Positions 38,251 to 50,894 of a stretch of 64,000 bases of DNA are shown in pieces. Origin of the DNA: Octopus bimaculoides (lineage: Eukaryota); assembly GCF_001194135.2 (NCBI RefSeq), contig NC_068988.1, positions 48,196,046 through 48,260,045 of the forward strand. Reading direction: 5' to 3'. Positions within the stretch are counted from its first letter, which is position 1; every line of letters starts with the position of its first letter. The notes beneath the pieces were generated by a model. That model was not told the origin of the DNA. It ran no database searches and worked only from the letters and a program-made list of their open reading frames with translations. Position numbers and translations under genes: made by a program.

Positions 38251-38930
38251 TCGAAGCTTTCATTAAATACTATTGTTAATTTCTCGGCAAAGATAAAATT
38301 TTTCTTTTCCTTCTATAACAAGGTGCACATAGGATATGTAGTATGTATGACATTATTCCTTGTGTGCGTGCGTGTGAGTGTGTGCGTGTGAGTGTGTGCG
38401 TGTGAGTGTGTATGTGTGTGTTCACGTATGTGTATGTATATGTATATGCGTGTGTGTGTGTGCGTACGCGTGTGTAAGTACAAACGTGTGTATGTGCGCA
38501 ATGAAAAAATATTTGAATTAATATAATTGATCGATAAGTTTGAAACATGATCAGAATTTACAAGATTTTGCTTTCTGTCTCTTAGCCAGGCGCATAACAC
38601 TTATTAGCTCAGTCTGTCTGGCTGACAACAGTTCCCTACTGCTACTTCATTGTCAGAGAGATCGACGAAATAGTACCTAATGAACTTCAATGGAGAATAA
38701 TTTTACCGCAAATTTTCCGTATGCTATGTCCTGATGCGAAGCGTTCTTATTACTTCAGTCTGGTTAGTTTGCTGACACCATCCCGTCTAGAGTCATCCTA
38801 TTGTAATGCATTTCACCTGTATTAGTTCGAACACTTACGAGGTTATTCCAAATTTGTGTCCGCTTGAAAAAGTAGTTGACAATACTATAGCGTAGAATTA
38901 GCAAATTGGAGAGAGAGAGAGAAAGAGAGA

Positions 38931-39000
<70 letters not shown>

Positions 39001-39331
39001 GACATAAAGTCATTTGTCTCTCTCTGCATACAAATGAAGCCATTACTCATTTGAAGTTCAGATAAATCTCAATGTTTCTTGGAAGGATTTGAATGACTGA
39101 ATGATTGAACCATTAGCTCCAAATATACTCCTTTGTATATCAACAGAACCGAATAGAGTAAAGAAAACGAGAATTATGTCCTTTGACAATAAAAAAGAAA
39201 CACAATAAATTATTGCATAGTCTCATGAGAAATGATGGTGTATATTCGTGAGCTCTTTAGATTAATGCAAGCAAGAGAGTAATACCCACTGACTAGTGAC
39301 CAATGCTATGAGTGGAGATCAAATCTAATTA

Positions 39332-40598
39332 TCAGGTCACTGAGAATAAAATGTCCGATTTTGAACTGAAAGTTTATTTTACTTTATCTCAACAAAAAGC
39401 AGTGCAGTTTATCAAATTATGCACCTAAACTATCAACACAATTTTGCCATTTTATCAGCAGCTCATATATGCTGGCAGCGACGAATTCTGGAGAGCAAAA
39501 GGTGATGAAATCATGAAAGGCTGTTTAGCATCTTCTTCAGATTTGAAGTTTTTTCCTTGCAAAAAGTTGCCTAATGCCTGCAAAACGTGATAGTCAGTTC
39601 GTGCAAGGTCGGCTGAATATAGCAGATGACAGAGTATTTCCAAGTTCAGTTCCTGTAACTTGAGTAGCGTTCTTTGTGCTACATGTGGTCGAGCATCGTC
39701 ATGCAAGAGAATTGACCAGTTTTGGTTGTTTAATTGCAAGTTCACTCATCATTTCATCCAATTGGTCGATGTATACATCTGCTGTAATTGACATACCAGA
39801 TCTCATGAAGACGTAGTGGATGACACAAACGCTGGACCACCAAACAGACACCATTAGCTTTTTTTGGTGAATATTCTTTTTTGGATTGTGTTTTGGCATT
39901 TCGTTTCAATCCGACCACCATGCAGAATGTATACTATTGTTGAAAAGTAACCATTTTTTATCATACGTAACAATACGATGCAAAAATGGTTTGCTTTTAT
40001 GCTGTGACACCAAAGAACAGCAAGTTTCAAGACGACGTGTCTTTTTATGCTCGTTCAGTTAGTGTGGTACACACCTTTCCAGCATTTTTACCTTGCTGAC
40101 TGATTTGTTTCAGATTGTCCAATACAGTTGGAATCGAAACATCAAACATTGCTGCTAATTCATGTGTAGTTTGAGATGTATCCGTTTCCAATACAGTTTC
40201 CAGCTCATCATTATCTACTTTGGTCTCGGTTCTACCACGGAGCTGATTTTCAAGAATGAAGTCACCAGACCAGAACTTCTCAAACCATCGACGCACAGTG
40301 CGCTCATTCGTCACATCTTCACCAAGCACCTTATGATGTTTCGAGTTGTCTGTGATGCATTGGTTCCACGATAGAACTCATATTCATAAACAACACGAAT
40401 TGTTGATCCATCCATGGGTTCACAAAAATTGATTTACAAGAGAAAACTCACAATATAACCAGGCACCATGTATTACATTTCGAAAGGTGACGATGTAACT
40501 CATCAATGTCGTAAAACAAAGGATTGTCGGGACAAAACACTAACGGCTGCCACACTTCGTGCATAAGAAAATCGGACATTTCATTCTTAATGACCTGA
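39332..40598 (-). mobile_element. Near full-length mariner transposon (Hsmar1/SETMAR-transposase-like), 1267 bp, frameshifted
   Basis: TIRs TCAGGTCACTGAGAATAAAATGTCCGATTTT (from 39332) and AAAATCGGACATTTCATTCTTAATGACCTGA (to 40598), with TA on both sides. ORFs 40045-40329 (NERTVRRWF..., LKQI), 39699-39899 (KKLMVSVWW) and 39455-39745 (LLHDDARPHV, YSADLARTDYH). Confidence 0.95.
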
Positions 40599-40693
40599 TA
40601 CTTACTTAAGACTTTACTAAGGACATACAAAGTCTAAGTCTTTAAGTCGTCCATGGATTAATGTCTAATGTCTAAATACAAATATAAACAGTC

Positions 40694-40805
40694 TGACAAG
40701 CTTCCGTTTATCCAGAATTATTCACAAGGCTTTTGTTGATCAGAGGCTATTAGAGTGACATTGAACGTAGAATCATGTGATAGCGACACAACCTACTTAA
40801 TGACA
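40694..40805 (-). mobile_element. Degenerate fragment of the 57125-57612 SINE family
   Basis: GACAAGCTTCCGTT...CACAAGGCTTTTGTTGATCAGAGGCTATTAGAG resembles 57450-57530. Confidence 0.5.
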
Positions 40806-42302
40806 GAATTATCTGTGCTCATTATAAACGATATGCTACTTACATTGTAGATAAGTGTCGCAACCTTAATATGACAAGATCTACCACTACATATAGTCAT
40901 CTTAAAAAAGATACAGATTATTGCAAGTCATGTGCCTCAATTAGCAATCTCAACCAAATTTTATTGATCATTGCTGTTGTTCTTGTCGTTTAACCCCAGG
41001 TCAATTCTGATCAAGTAAATCTATCATCAAAAGTGTTCTCTTCATAATCACCCCTTCTTTTTTGCTCGTTTATTTTACATTTATTACTAAATCACCGAAT
41101 TTATCGTTTCTTTCGTGATATCTATTATATTTCGATTTTCCATTCAATATCCAATTTTTGTGTTATCAAATCTTGATCAAAGACAGACAAGTTGAATTCA
41201 GTAACATAAGAACTTAAAACGCAAAGGGTCTTAACAAAACTTCAGCATTTTGCTTGACGATTTAATTATTCTGCTAACTACCTATAAATGGAATAATTTT
41301 GAGTGATTTTAAGGATATTTAGCTACAATTTCTAGTAGGTTGAAATACTATGTATAAGCTCTCTCTGATAATCTCTCTTGCTCTCCCTTTTCCTTTCTCT
41401 CCGTCTCTTACACTCTATCCATTATACATACAACACACACTCAAATGTTGGTTTCAACAATTATGTTTGAATCTCGAATAATATATACTGAATTGTATTG
41501 TATCCAGATAGCTAACGTCACTGACATTAGCATTTAATAATTTCCTCCATTTATTAATTTCCGTCATTTTTATGTGAAGCTACGTCCTATATAATGCTTA
41601 TATGAAACAGTAAAGTGAGAGGAATCAGCAATTTCGAGTAACAATTTCTAAAACTTAGTCTTATATATTGTAATATTACTATTGCTAGCAGATGTTTAGT
41701 CTCCTGTTTAACAACTTACCTGTTAGTCAAGGGACTCAGGTGAACAGACATGTATACTATGGAAATGTAACAAATATATATAGTCTCTGTAAGAAGTACA
41801 AATTTCAGCCATTGCTACAGTGTGCAATCGAGCACATTAGACAAATTCAAAGAAGTTCCTTTACAATCTTCCTATAGACAGAAAAGTGGCGGATCTGCTG
41901 ACCGGTTTCACTCCTGTCTTGGGATAAATCTTATTAGATTATTTACCTCTTTGTCTCAGTAACTAATGGAGACATTTATCTTAGTGACATCACTAAGATA
42001 AAATGAGTCATTCAAGAAAACACTACGTGGTTGTTCAGCAAGCCAAACCACCTAGAATCACAACCGACTGACTTCATAAAAGATGAGTATAAGACGTAAT
42101 GCTGCCTGAGATCCATTTTTCTGAACAAAGGTAAAAAAAAAAGATCATTGGAGGGTTACACCAAAAACGCTTTACTATCTCCATCATCACATGAAGGAAT
42201 TGACCACCACTATTACAGCTATAATCACATTACAACAATGAGTGCAACATCTTACAGCCGCCAATTACAACTACAGTTAGCAACAGCAAATTAGATGTAT
42301 CG

Positions 42303-42604
42303 TGGAGGCACATGGCCTAGTGGTTAAAGTAGCATACTCGGGGTCGGGGGATCGCGGGTTCGAATCTCAGACCGGGCGATGTGTGTGTTTATGCGCAAAA
42401 ACCTAAGGTCCACGCGGCTCCGGCAGAAGGTAATAGCGAACCTCTGCTGACTCTTTCGCCACAATTTTCTCTCGCTCTTTCCTCCTGCATTTAGCAGCTC
42501 ACCTACGAAGGACTAGAGTCCCGTCCATGTGGGAAACCTATACGCCAATAAAACCGGGAAACCGGTCCTTATGAGCCAGGCATGGCTCGAGAAGGAACAA
42601 ACAA
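42303..42604 (+). mobile_element. tRNA-derived SINE (OR-like) with recognisable target-site duplication
   Basis: Head GGAGGCACATGGCCTAGTGGTTAAAG...GGTTCGAATC, tail GGCTCGAGAAGGAACAAACAA. Flanks CAAATTAGATGTATCG / ACAATTAGATCCATCG. Confidence 0.9.
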
Positions 42605-42910
42605 TTAGATCCATCGAACCACAACAACTATTAACACTACTGCAGCAACTATTTCAACTAGTAAGACACCGCTATGTCCTTCACATTACAAAATCCACCA
42701 CAGTAATATAACAGCCACCTATGCTGCACTAATTCCGTCACAGTAATAACTGTTAGTATACAATTAGTTGTAACTGCCACAGCATTAGAATCATTGTCAT
42801 ATTAGTACAGCGATAGCCACCTCTACATCACCGGCTCTGCCATCAAACCATAGCAGCTAATAATTCACTATCAAGTACAACTATTGCTGCACTGCAACGA
42901 CAGTCATCAT

Positions 42911-42968
<58 letters not shown>

Positions 42969-43157
42969 GTCGCCGCCACCACCACTACTATTTCCACTAT
43001 CACACTACTACACTTCTGTTAACACAACATCGAGGAAAGAAATTGTACTACATTTAGCAAATAACACCGCTACTACCACCACTACCTTCAGCAGTAGTAG
43101 TAGCAGCTGCTCCAGCACCAGCATCAGCATCAACAGCACTAGCAGTAGTAACATCAT

Positions 43158-43189
<32 letters not shown>

Positions 43190-44291
43190 GCAACGGCAGC
43201 CAAAACTACTTAATCAGTTCTGCCTAAAATAACATAAACAAATTATTCCTACATTCTACTGAGATCCAAGTTAATTTTATCAATTAGGAAATACACAAAC
43301 GTAGTAATTATTTCCTACAGCTTGATTAAATTGATGTAAAGCTTACTTCAATAGACTCAAGCATACATTTCACTTTCATGCTATACTAATTGAGAGGGTT
43401 TGTGATTCTGGTTTATATTTCATAGCTTCAGGTGCTAAATTAGGTTCTGTCGACATGACATGAAAGCTGTGATTGCTAGCTAAGTAAGACACAATGGATT
43501 CTTTCTTAGATATAACAGGAAATAATAATTTTAGAAAGGTGGGGGAAAATAGTTGAGATATATGTCAAAACAGAAGTAAATTAGTTACAGGAAGGAAAAG
43601 CAGTCCTCGTGATATTTTTAAGAACTCCAAAGCTTGTGAAATTGGTATAGCTAATGTGATTTTTAACCATTTGTCTGTCACTATTTAACCGTCTGTTCGC
43701 CAATAGTCGAGGAGGGAATTCCAGAGGAAGAAATGAGTGGAGAAATGTTTAGAGAAGGATCTAGAATGTGTGAGTAGCTGAGAAAGGTATGTCGCGTAGC
43801 CTTAAAGGAACAAAGTTATGTTCTACTAGTTCAGAGAAGCTATTGTATATAAGTTCTATATTGCATATGGGAACTGTGTTCTTAGTTTGTTAACGAGACA
43901 GTGTAAGGCAATTATTAATAACTTTATTGATTTGATGTAGCGCGCGTGCACACACACATACACACATAAACTCATACACCTATGAACACACATTTGTGTA
44001 GACATAAATTAGGTCACCGTCTGTCAAAGCTGACCATGCCTGGAGCCGGTGATGTAGAGGTGGCTATCACTGTACTAATATGACAATGATTCTAATGCTG
44101 TGGCAGTTTATGTTGTTTTGTGTTATAACTAATTGTATACTGACAATTATTACTGTGACAGAATTAGTGAAGCAGAGGTGGCTGTTATAGTACTGTGGTA
44201 GATTTTGTGATGTAAAGGACGTAGTGGTGTCTTACTAGTTGAAATAGTTGCTGCAGTAGTGTTAATAGTTGTTGAGGTTTGATGGATCTAA

Positions 44292-44586
44292 TTGTTTGTT
44301 CCTTCTCGAACCATGCCTGGCTCATAAGGGCCGGTTTCTCGGTTTCATTGGCGTATAGGTTCTTCACCTAGACGGAACGCCGGTCCGTCGCAGGTGAGCT
44401 GCAAGATGCAAGAGGACAGAGGGAGAGAAAGTTGTGGCGAAAGAGTCAGCAGAATTTCGCCATTACCTTCTGCCGGAGCCGCATGGAGCTTAGGTTTTTA
44501 GCTCATAAACACAAACGTCGCCCGGTCTGAAATTCGAACCCGCGACCCCGAGTCCGCTGCTTTAACTACTAGGCCATGTGACTCCA
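44292..44586 (-). mobile_element. Inverted duplicate of the 42303-42604 SINE
   Basis: Same family, and the same TSD-like flanks (CCAATTAGAGCCATCA / ACAATTAGATCCATCA on the minus strand). Short deletion in the tRNA-like head. Confidence 0.9.
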
Positions 44587-46267
44587 TGATGGCTCTAATT
44601 GGTTGTTGTTAACTGTAGTTGTAATGCGCAGCTGTAATATGTTGCAAACCTGAGCAAGATTTTTTTTCTTTTAAGAAGATTGGAAGTTGCCCATGCACGC
44701 AAGAATCTGGTGGTCATTGACACAGTGCCAGGAACATTGTTACTCTCCCCGGCGCTCTAATTGTTTTATTTTCGAAACACCGTTTCGAATTAAACCATTT
44801 ACCGGACATATTAGCTAACCTGTACCAATAATACACATTTTGAGTATGAAATTTTTGTTACCCCACTTTCAGCAGAACATGGAAGTATCTCATATCCCGT
44901 GATGTGCTGCCACTCTTATAAATGCGCGTGCTTGAATGTGATCTTTCAGATAGAATTGTAGACATTGAAGCTTACAGCAACAAGCTGCCTCCTTTGGGTG
45001 TCTATGTAGTTTTGCAGCGTTGCTGCTGCTGGTGATGCTGGTGCTGTTGGTGCTGGTGCTGCAACTACTAATACCACTACTACTGCTACTATCAGTAGTA
45101 GTAGTAGTAGTAAGCAGCAGCGGCAGTTGAAGAAGACAATATATGAAGAGAAGGAAACAGGAGGAAAGAAGACAAATAGATAATATAAGAAAAGGGAAGG
45201 AAAAGAAAAAAAGAAGACAAAAGCGAGTGAACAAAAGAACTATAAATAAAATTGAAAGAGATGAACAAGATGAAACAGGAATAAATCAAAGTTGGGGGTG
45301 GAGGGCAGAATTAGTGCATAAGACAAAATATGTAAATGCCTTTCACAAAAGCTAATTTTAGTGATTCCTCTAATAAAATTTTAATTATCTTCTTAAAATA
45401 GAGAACTTACTGAATATTTTGTTTTGCTAAGCCTATTGTTTTCAGATTTTGCTAGCCACTATTGTCATTTGTACGAGTTGATGTTGATGCTATTGTTGTG
45501 GCTGTTCTTGTTGTTGTTGCTACTGTTGCCGTTCTTAGAAACAAAATAGCATCTGGTTGAATGCGGAAGGTCCAGTTTAAAACATGTTTCATTTATTCTT
45601 TACTCACAATGTACACACACGCCTGCAGCATTTGTTCTGCATAGATACACATGTGCATACGAACACGTACATGTATAAGCAGATCACATATACATATACA
45701 TGCATGTATGCCATACATACATACATGCACACACATTTGTATATTCATTCATACACACAGATATGCAGGTCTCTGCATTGGAAATTCTGAATTCTTTGGA
45801 ACGATAAACAATATATTGAGCTTTTCTTTTGGAGATACACAACAATAGCAGCAACAGTCGCAATAATAACAGCAGCAGTCGCAATAAGGATGAAATAGCG
45901 GTACATGAAGTGCAGTTAGACTCAGGAGAGATGTCGAATGGAAAATAGAACGAGATGTAAGTTGACGACGTTGGCAGCTACCAAGTCCAGAACAGAAGCA
46001 TGTAGTTACGACATAAGAAAGTACATACAAGTTAGAGACAATGAGTAGAATATCAACAACTGCCACCACCACGACAAAAACAATAATTGTTTCTGATTTA
46101 GATACAAGGCTACCAGTTTTAAGGGGAGGGAGTTTGTGAAAAGCCAGAATAAATAGAATGAGGTATGGTTTCTGATAATCCAACGATTCTACAAGATCAC
46201 ATCACGAATAACTATTGGTTTAAATTTTTATACAAGGCTTGTAATACTGATTTTAAATTTTGGCATA

Positions 46268-46451
46268 AGACCAAGGGAGGGGTTAGGTCGATTACATCGA
46301 CCCCACTGCTCAAATGGTACTTTTATCGACCCCAGAAAGATGAAAGGTAAAATGGACTTTGGCAGAATTTGAATTCAGAACGTGGAGACGGTCAAAATGC
46401 TGTTAAACATTTTCACCAACGTGGTAAGATTTCTGCCAGCTCGCTGCCTTA
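46268..46451 (-). mobile_element. SINE (GGCGGCGA family)
   Basis: Minus-strand head AAGGCAGCGAGCTGGCAGAAATC and central TTTCATCTTTCTGGGGTCGATAAAAGTACC. Confidence 0.85.
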
Positions 46452-46461
46452 AAAGAAAATT

Positions 46462-46534
46462 TGGGGAATCCAGGTATCGATCCCTGCACCTCAGCCATGC
46501 TAAGCAAGTGCTCTACCAGTTGAGCTGATTCTCC
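46462..46534 (-). tRNA. tRNA-Ala(AGC)-like sequence, probably a pseudogene
   Basis: 73-nt GGAGAATCAGCTCAACTGGTAGAGCACTTGCTTAGCATGGCTGAGGTGCAGGGATCGATACCTGGATTCCCCA. Intact D-stem GCTC/GAGC, anticodon loop TTAGCAT, Ala-type GATCGAT T-loop, downstream TTTTCTTTT. The anticodon stem is largely unpaired, with A3.C70 and C8. Confidence 0.75.
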
Positions 46535-46856
46535 AACATCAAGGATTGTAACATTGAGTGCACTGTGTGTATGTGTGTGATGGGTAGTTGTTTACATCGA
46601 TCCTAGTTCATCACCTGTATATTATTTANNNNNNNNNNNNNNNNNNNNNNNNNNNNNNNNNNNNNNNNNNNNNNNNNNNNNNNNNNNNNNNNNNNNNNNN
46701 NNNNNNNNNNNNNNNNNNNNNNNNNNNNNNNNNNNNNNNNNNNNNNNNNNNNNNNNNNNNNNNNNNNNNNNNNNNNNNNNNNNNNNNNNNNNNNNNNNNN
46801 NNNNNNNNNNNNNNNNNNNNNNNNNNNNNNNNNNNNNNNNNNNNNNNNNNNNNNNN

Positions 46857-46897
<41 letters not shown>

Positions 46898-46919
46898 GTA
46901 CGTATACATGTATACATAT

Positions 46920-46941
46920 AGATAGATTGATAGATAGATAT

Positions 46942-46993
<52 letters not shown>

Positions 46994-47010
46994 GTAGGTA
47001 GGTAGGTATA
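46920..47010. repeat. (GATA)n / (GGTA)n tetranucleotide repeat
   Basis: Direct reading. Confidence 0.93.
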
Positions 47011-47743
47011 TGCACGTAAGTATGTATGTATTCTATGTATGTTTGTGACTATTTCTTTTTATACGCTAATTTTATATTGTCTTTTCAATTAGTTTTCAAA
47101 TGGCAGATTCTTGCATCCAATAACTGATTACTCATAAATATTTTAAATTATAATGCTGTTACTCCTGTGTAAAATTAGTTATGTAATGTGCGACTAATGC
47201 GAAACTCCGAGGAGTAACAACGATTAACATTAGTACCATACATAGCTCATGTCTTGTTACTATAGAATATATAACAGACCAGAATCAGCAGACAAGCATC
47301 AGAAAGGATGTGTTCCTTTCAGCTCTTTAAATGCACCAATCAATAAGTATCTTCAAACATGTAGATTACTTAGTAGCTTGACCTGAATCTGTAAGTGAAT
47401 TATATCTCCACAACGATATACCTACACACAGACGTATGCACAATCATAATTACGTGTGCAAATTTTATTGACTATCGACTCACTTTTAACTGTATTTTGG
47501 TCTCCTGATCGGTAAGTAAAGCCCATATTCATTCTCTGCAAATATATTTATTCATACACAGACATATTTACCTGTATTTCTGACTTACCTAGAATCTTAT
47601 TTAGCTACATGAGTATTTTTATTAGTGGTTCAATCTTCTATTATCCATAGTACGTTTCACAACTCAAGTATCCGGTGTGCAAAGTAGAACTGCTTTCGCA
47701 AATATTTAAGTAGAATATATTAATCAAACGCTGCCAACGTAGG

Positions 47744-47796
<53 letters not shown>

Positions 47797-48234
47797 TGTG
47801 CGTGTGCGTGTGTGTTTAAATCGTTGATTCTGAAATATTATTTTCTCACCGAATTTTTCTCTTCCAGCATCAGTTTTCTCTTTACATTCCATTCTGTAAA
47901 ACATCGTAGGCTTGAAACGTCTACAAATTTCTTTTATTTATCCTGAAAGTCAAGCTAATATACCACTTATGTTGTTTTTTTGCCTAATTTTGAACCATAT
48001 ATATACACATATAAACGTGTGTGTGTGTGTAAGTAAGTAGGTAGTTATATATGTATATGTATATATATANNNNNNNNNNNNNNNNNNNNNNNNNNNNNNN
48101 NNNNNNNNNNNNNNNNNNNNNNNNNNNNNNNNNNNNNNATATATATATATATATATAATCAAGATTCAGTTGAATTAGGTTGAGGAAGCAAGGCAGTCCG
48201 GTATTATCTGCACAGCTCAAAGTTAGGTGAATAA

Positions 48235-48432
48235 AAAGCAAATAAGTAACAAGGATGTCCAGGTATCAGTGCATTACAGCCGTTCAAGAGGCTCCATTTA
48301 ATCGATCAATGCAAAAATTACATCAGTTTGAAATAAACTGCTGTATGTTGGAAATCTATATGGCCGTATGCGTCCGAGGAGTGCGGAGTATTTCAAATTG
48401 ATACCTACACATCCTTGTTACTTATTTGCTTT
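48235..48432. mobile_element. 198-bp MITE-like element with perfect 24-bp TIRs
   Basis: AAAGCAAATAAGTAACAAGGATGT (48235-48258) is the exact reverse complement of 48409-48432. The match extends inward to ~36 bp with 3 mismatches. Confidence 0.75.
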
Positions 48433-50651
48433 ACACACAAACACACACATACACGCGCATTCAAGTTGGAATAACACACGGTTAACTAAAACGCTAGTAA
48501 ATCTTTAAACGTGTAAAAAAGAGCAATAGAGATGTTATTGGATCGCTGGAGTGCGTTTTTTCAGAAGCTACCAAATGATATAGCATGTAATACTATATGC
48601 AACGACATATCTTCGGAATTGTAATTTTGTTTACAAAGCAAATGAAGAGAAAACATTTTGAACGAAAATAGCTTTATCACTTTGTAATCACCCATTCTAA
48701 TAGATTCGAGGAAAATTTCCCTTCAGACGACAAAATGTATGCGTCAAGTTTGCAAATACTATTCGCAGTATTACGAATTACTTATTTAAAATAATTACTA
48801 ATTTTCTGACAATTTCCAGTCGATTCCAAGATGTGTGACTCCACTTGCCGACCGACCTAGAACATAAAGAAGGTGATATAAAGCCACAAAACCAAACCGT
48901 AGCAAAATTTTTAAATGGGTAACCGCGTCACATAGACCATAAGGATAATTGATTCGTAATGTAAAGGGGAAAAAAAGCAGTAAACTGAAACCATATCATT
49001 TCAAACAAGAAAGTAATTGCATCAGTTGAGGGTAATCACAAAAAGGGGAATGTTTTACAGAAAAGTGTCTACTGGTGCATCTGGCCCGAAGAAAACGGTG
49101 AAATATCAAAAGTAAAATCCAGAAGAAAGAAAACTCTACAAACATGTTAATAATTGCGGAAAACAAATAACCTGAGTATTCTGTAAGGCAAGAATAACAT
49201 ACAGGTACCAGTCATACAACACAGCCAAAGCAAGTATCGAAACATTCTATATATAAGGCAAAATGTTGCAATATTACAAACAAAGCACAATCTACACATT
49301 TTGAGACGTAACACACAAACTCTTAAAACAGTTACGGTTTAGCAGAATTATGCCGTAGATTTATCTAGTTGTCATATCACACACATCAACACCAGTTTCT
49401 TAATCCTTTGGACAGTTTCCAATGAATCTGCTAGAAAAATCAGCAAGATAAGAGTCCCCACTTAAATAATCTAGCCAGTACATAACATCCAAATGCAATT
49501 GGATTAACTGAGACATATCTTTTGACTGATATAGGACTAACCAAGTTGTATAAATTAGGTTTAGCATGATATCATACACAGCGTCAGTTCCGAAAGAATG
49601 GTGGAGAATCACCAGGAAATTGCCACTGCTAGAGTGCGTCGTGTTGATTCCCTTATGCTGTGCAAGTAACTGTTCATCTGAGCGATATAGCAGGACACTA
49701 TACCATGTGTAATCTGTCAACTTATAACATCTTTGAAGAAGGTCTGAAAATATATACAACAGACATTCAGAAAAGTTGATATATGCGCTAGTCTTCTCCT
49801 TTTAAGTAGGATAAACGATACGGACTTGAAGTAACCCTTAAGGTATATTAAACATGGGGTTTATTTCTGAACACAACAGTAATGGAGTTAATTCAGGCAG
49901 CCAAGATATCTTCAAGCAGCAACAACAATAAAACTTGCAAACACGAAACATTAGCTTCACTTACAACGTAGACTTTGTAAACATCGAAATATTCCTTCTT
50001 TCTGAGACAATAAAATCGTTGATGTTTTACTGTGTAATCTCAGAAATTATTTTCCGACTAAAATCAATAAATCGCGCAAATCTCTTTTCCTGAAAGTTGA
50101 TCCTCTCAAAGCTAGCTAGAAAGCTGTTGAAACTCACACGTGAAAGTTAAACCCCTGCTTATGAAACCCTATAAATTCTGACTTGATTGTTAGATACTGG
50201 ACAATTGCAAAAATGCTGAAATAGGTAATAATAATTGGAATTTACGAAGGTAGGTGTAGGTAAGAAACGCTTCAAATCCGTTTTGCATTTGACCTGTAAT
50301 AACTTTCGAAGAAGATCATACTTACAAAAGTAATAAACTAATTAGATCGACAAAAGCGTTTAGCAAAAGGTAGAACAGCGTCTGCAACACATCTGAATTC
50401 TGAAAAGTAGCGATTTTGTTTAATGGTCGATTGTGTATACAATAATTACACCTTAACATTTGAAAAAGTGGATCATGCATTACCTCACAAATTTCTAAAA
50501 AAACGTTAGCATCAGAAGTTTTGACATTTGGATCACTGATTTCGTAATACCCACCTAGTTCGTGCTTGAAAACGGAAACGTAGAATCCTTATCACATTGC
50601 CACAAATTAAACTGACAGCACCTGCTGCAAAATAAGGTGGGTTTTGTACAA

Positions 50652-50857
50652 CACGAGGGTATACTGAAAAGTTCCTGGCTTTGAGGATGTCACGAAAGGT
50701 CTGGTTGGAGACCCAACATTCTGAGTTCTTTTACAGGACCTAGAAACATTGAAGGACCACTACAATAAGTGTGTGAACCTGAGAGAGAAATATATCATTA
50801 CTCATCCCTCTGTATTTACCTTTACCCAAAGCAAGGAACTTTTCACCTCCACCTAGT
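50652..50857 (+). mobile_element. Mariner-derived MITE with TIRs and a transposase C-terminal remnant
   Basis: Ends CACGAGGGTATACTGAAAAGTTCCTGGCTTT / AAAGCAAGGAACTTTTCACCTCCACCTAGT. The interior encodes NKCVNLREKY, resembling the KCVxxxGxYVE mariner terminus. Confidence 0.7.
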
Positions 50858-50894
50858 TTATATGACTATATGAATATATATGTATATGCATATC

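Larger units (their letters stand above)
42243..44646. repeat. Long inverted duplication 2: arms 42243-42837 and 44043-44646, spacer ~1205 bp
   Basis: Reverse-complement alignment covers ~60 bp of 5' flank, the whole SINE and ~233 bp of 3' flank (about 15 substitutions and one ~16-nt indel in that flank). Confidence 0.95.

Noticed and set aside
41975-42002. 13-bp-arm hairpin TTTATCTTAGTGA-CA-TCACTAAGATAAA (terminator-like)
   Set aside because: Intrinsic terminators are not meaningful in this eukaryotic context; short isolated hairpin with no further support.
42529-44367. Twin 60-aa ORFs (42529-42711 + and 44185-44367 -) with near-identical sequence, resembling a duplicated small gene
   Set aside because: They start inside the SINE tail and run into flank. 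Their similarity simply reflects the inverted duplication, and most substitutions are non-synonymous.
49400-49759. 119-aa minus-strand ORF in non-repetitive-looking DNA
   Set aside because: No recognisable domain in any frame, non-ATG start, and no evident splice context.
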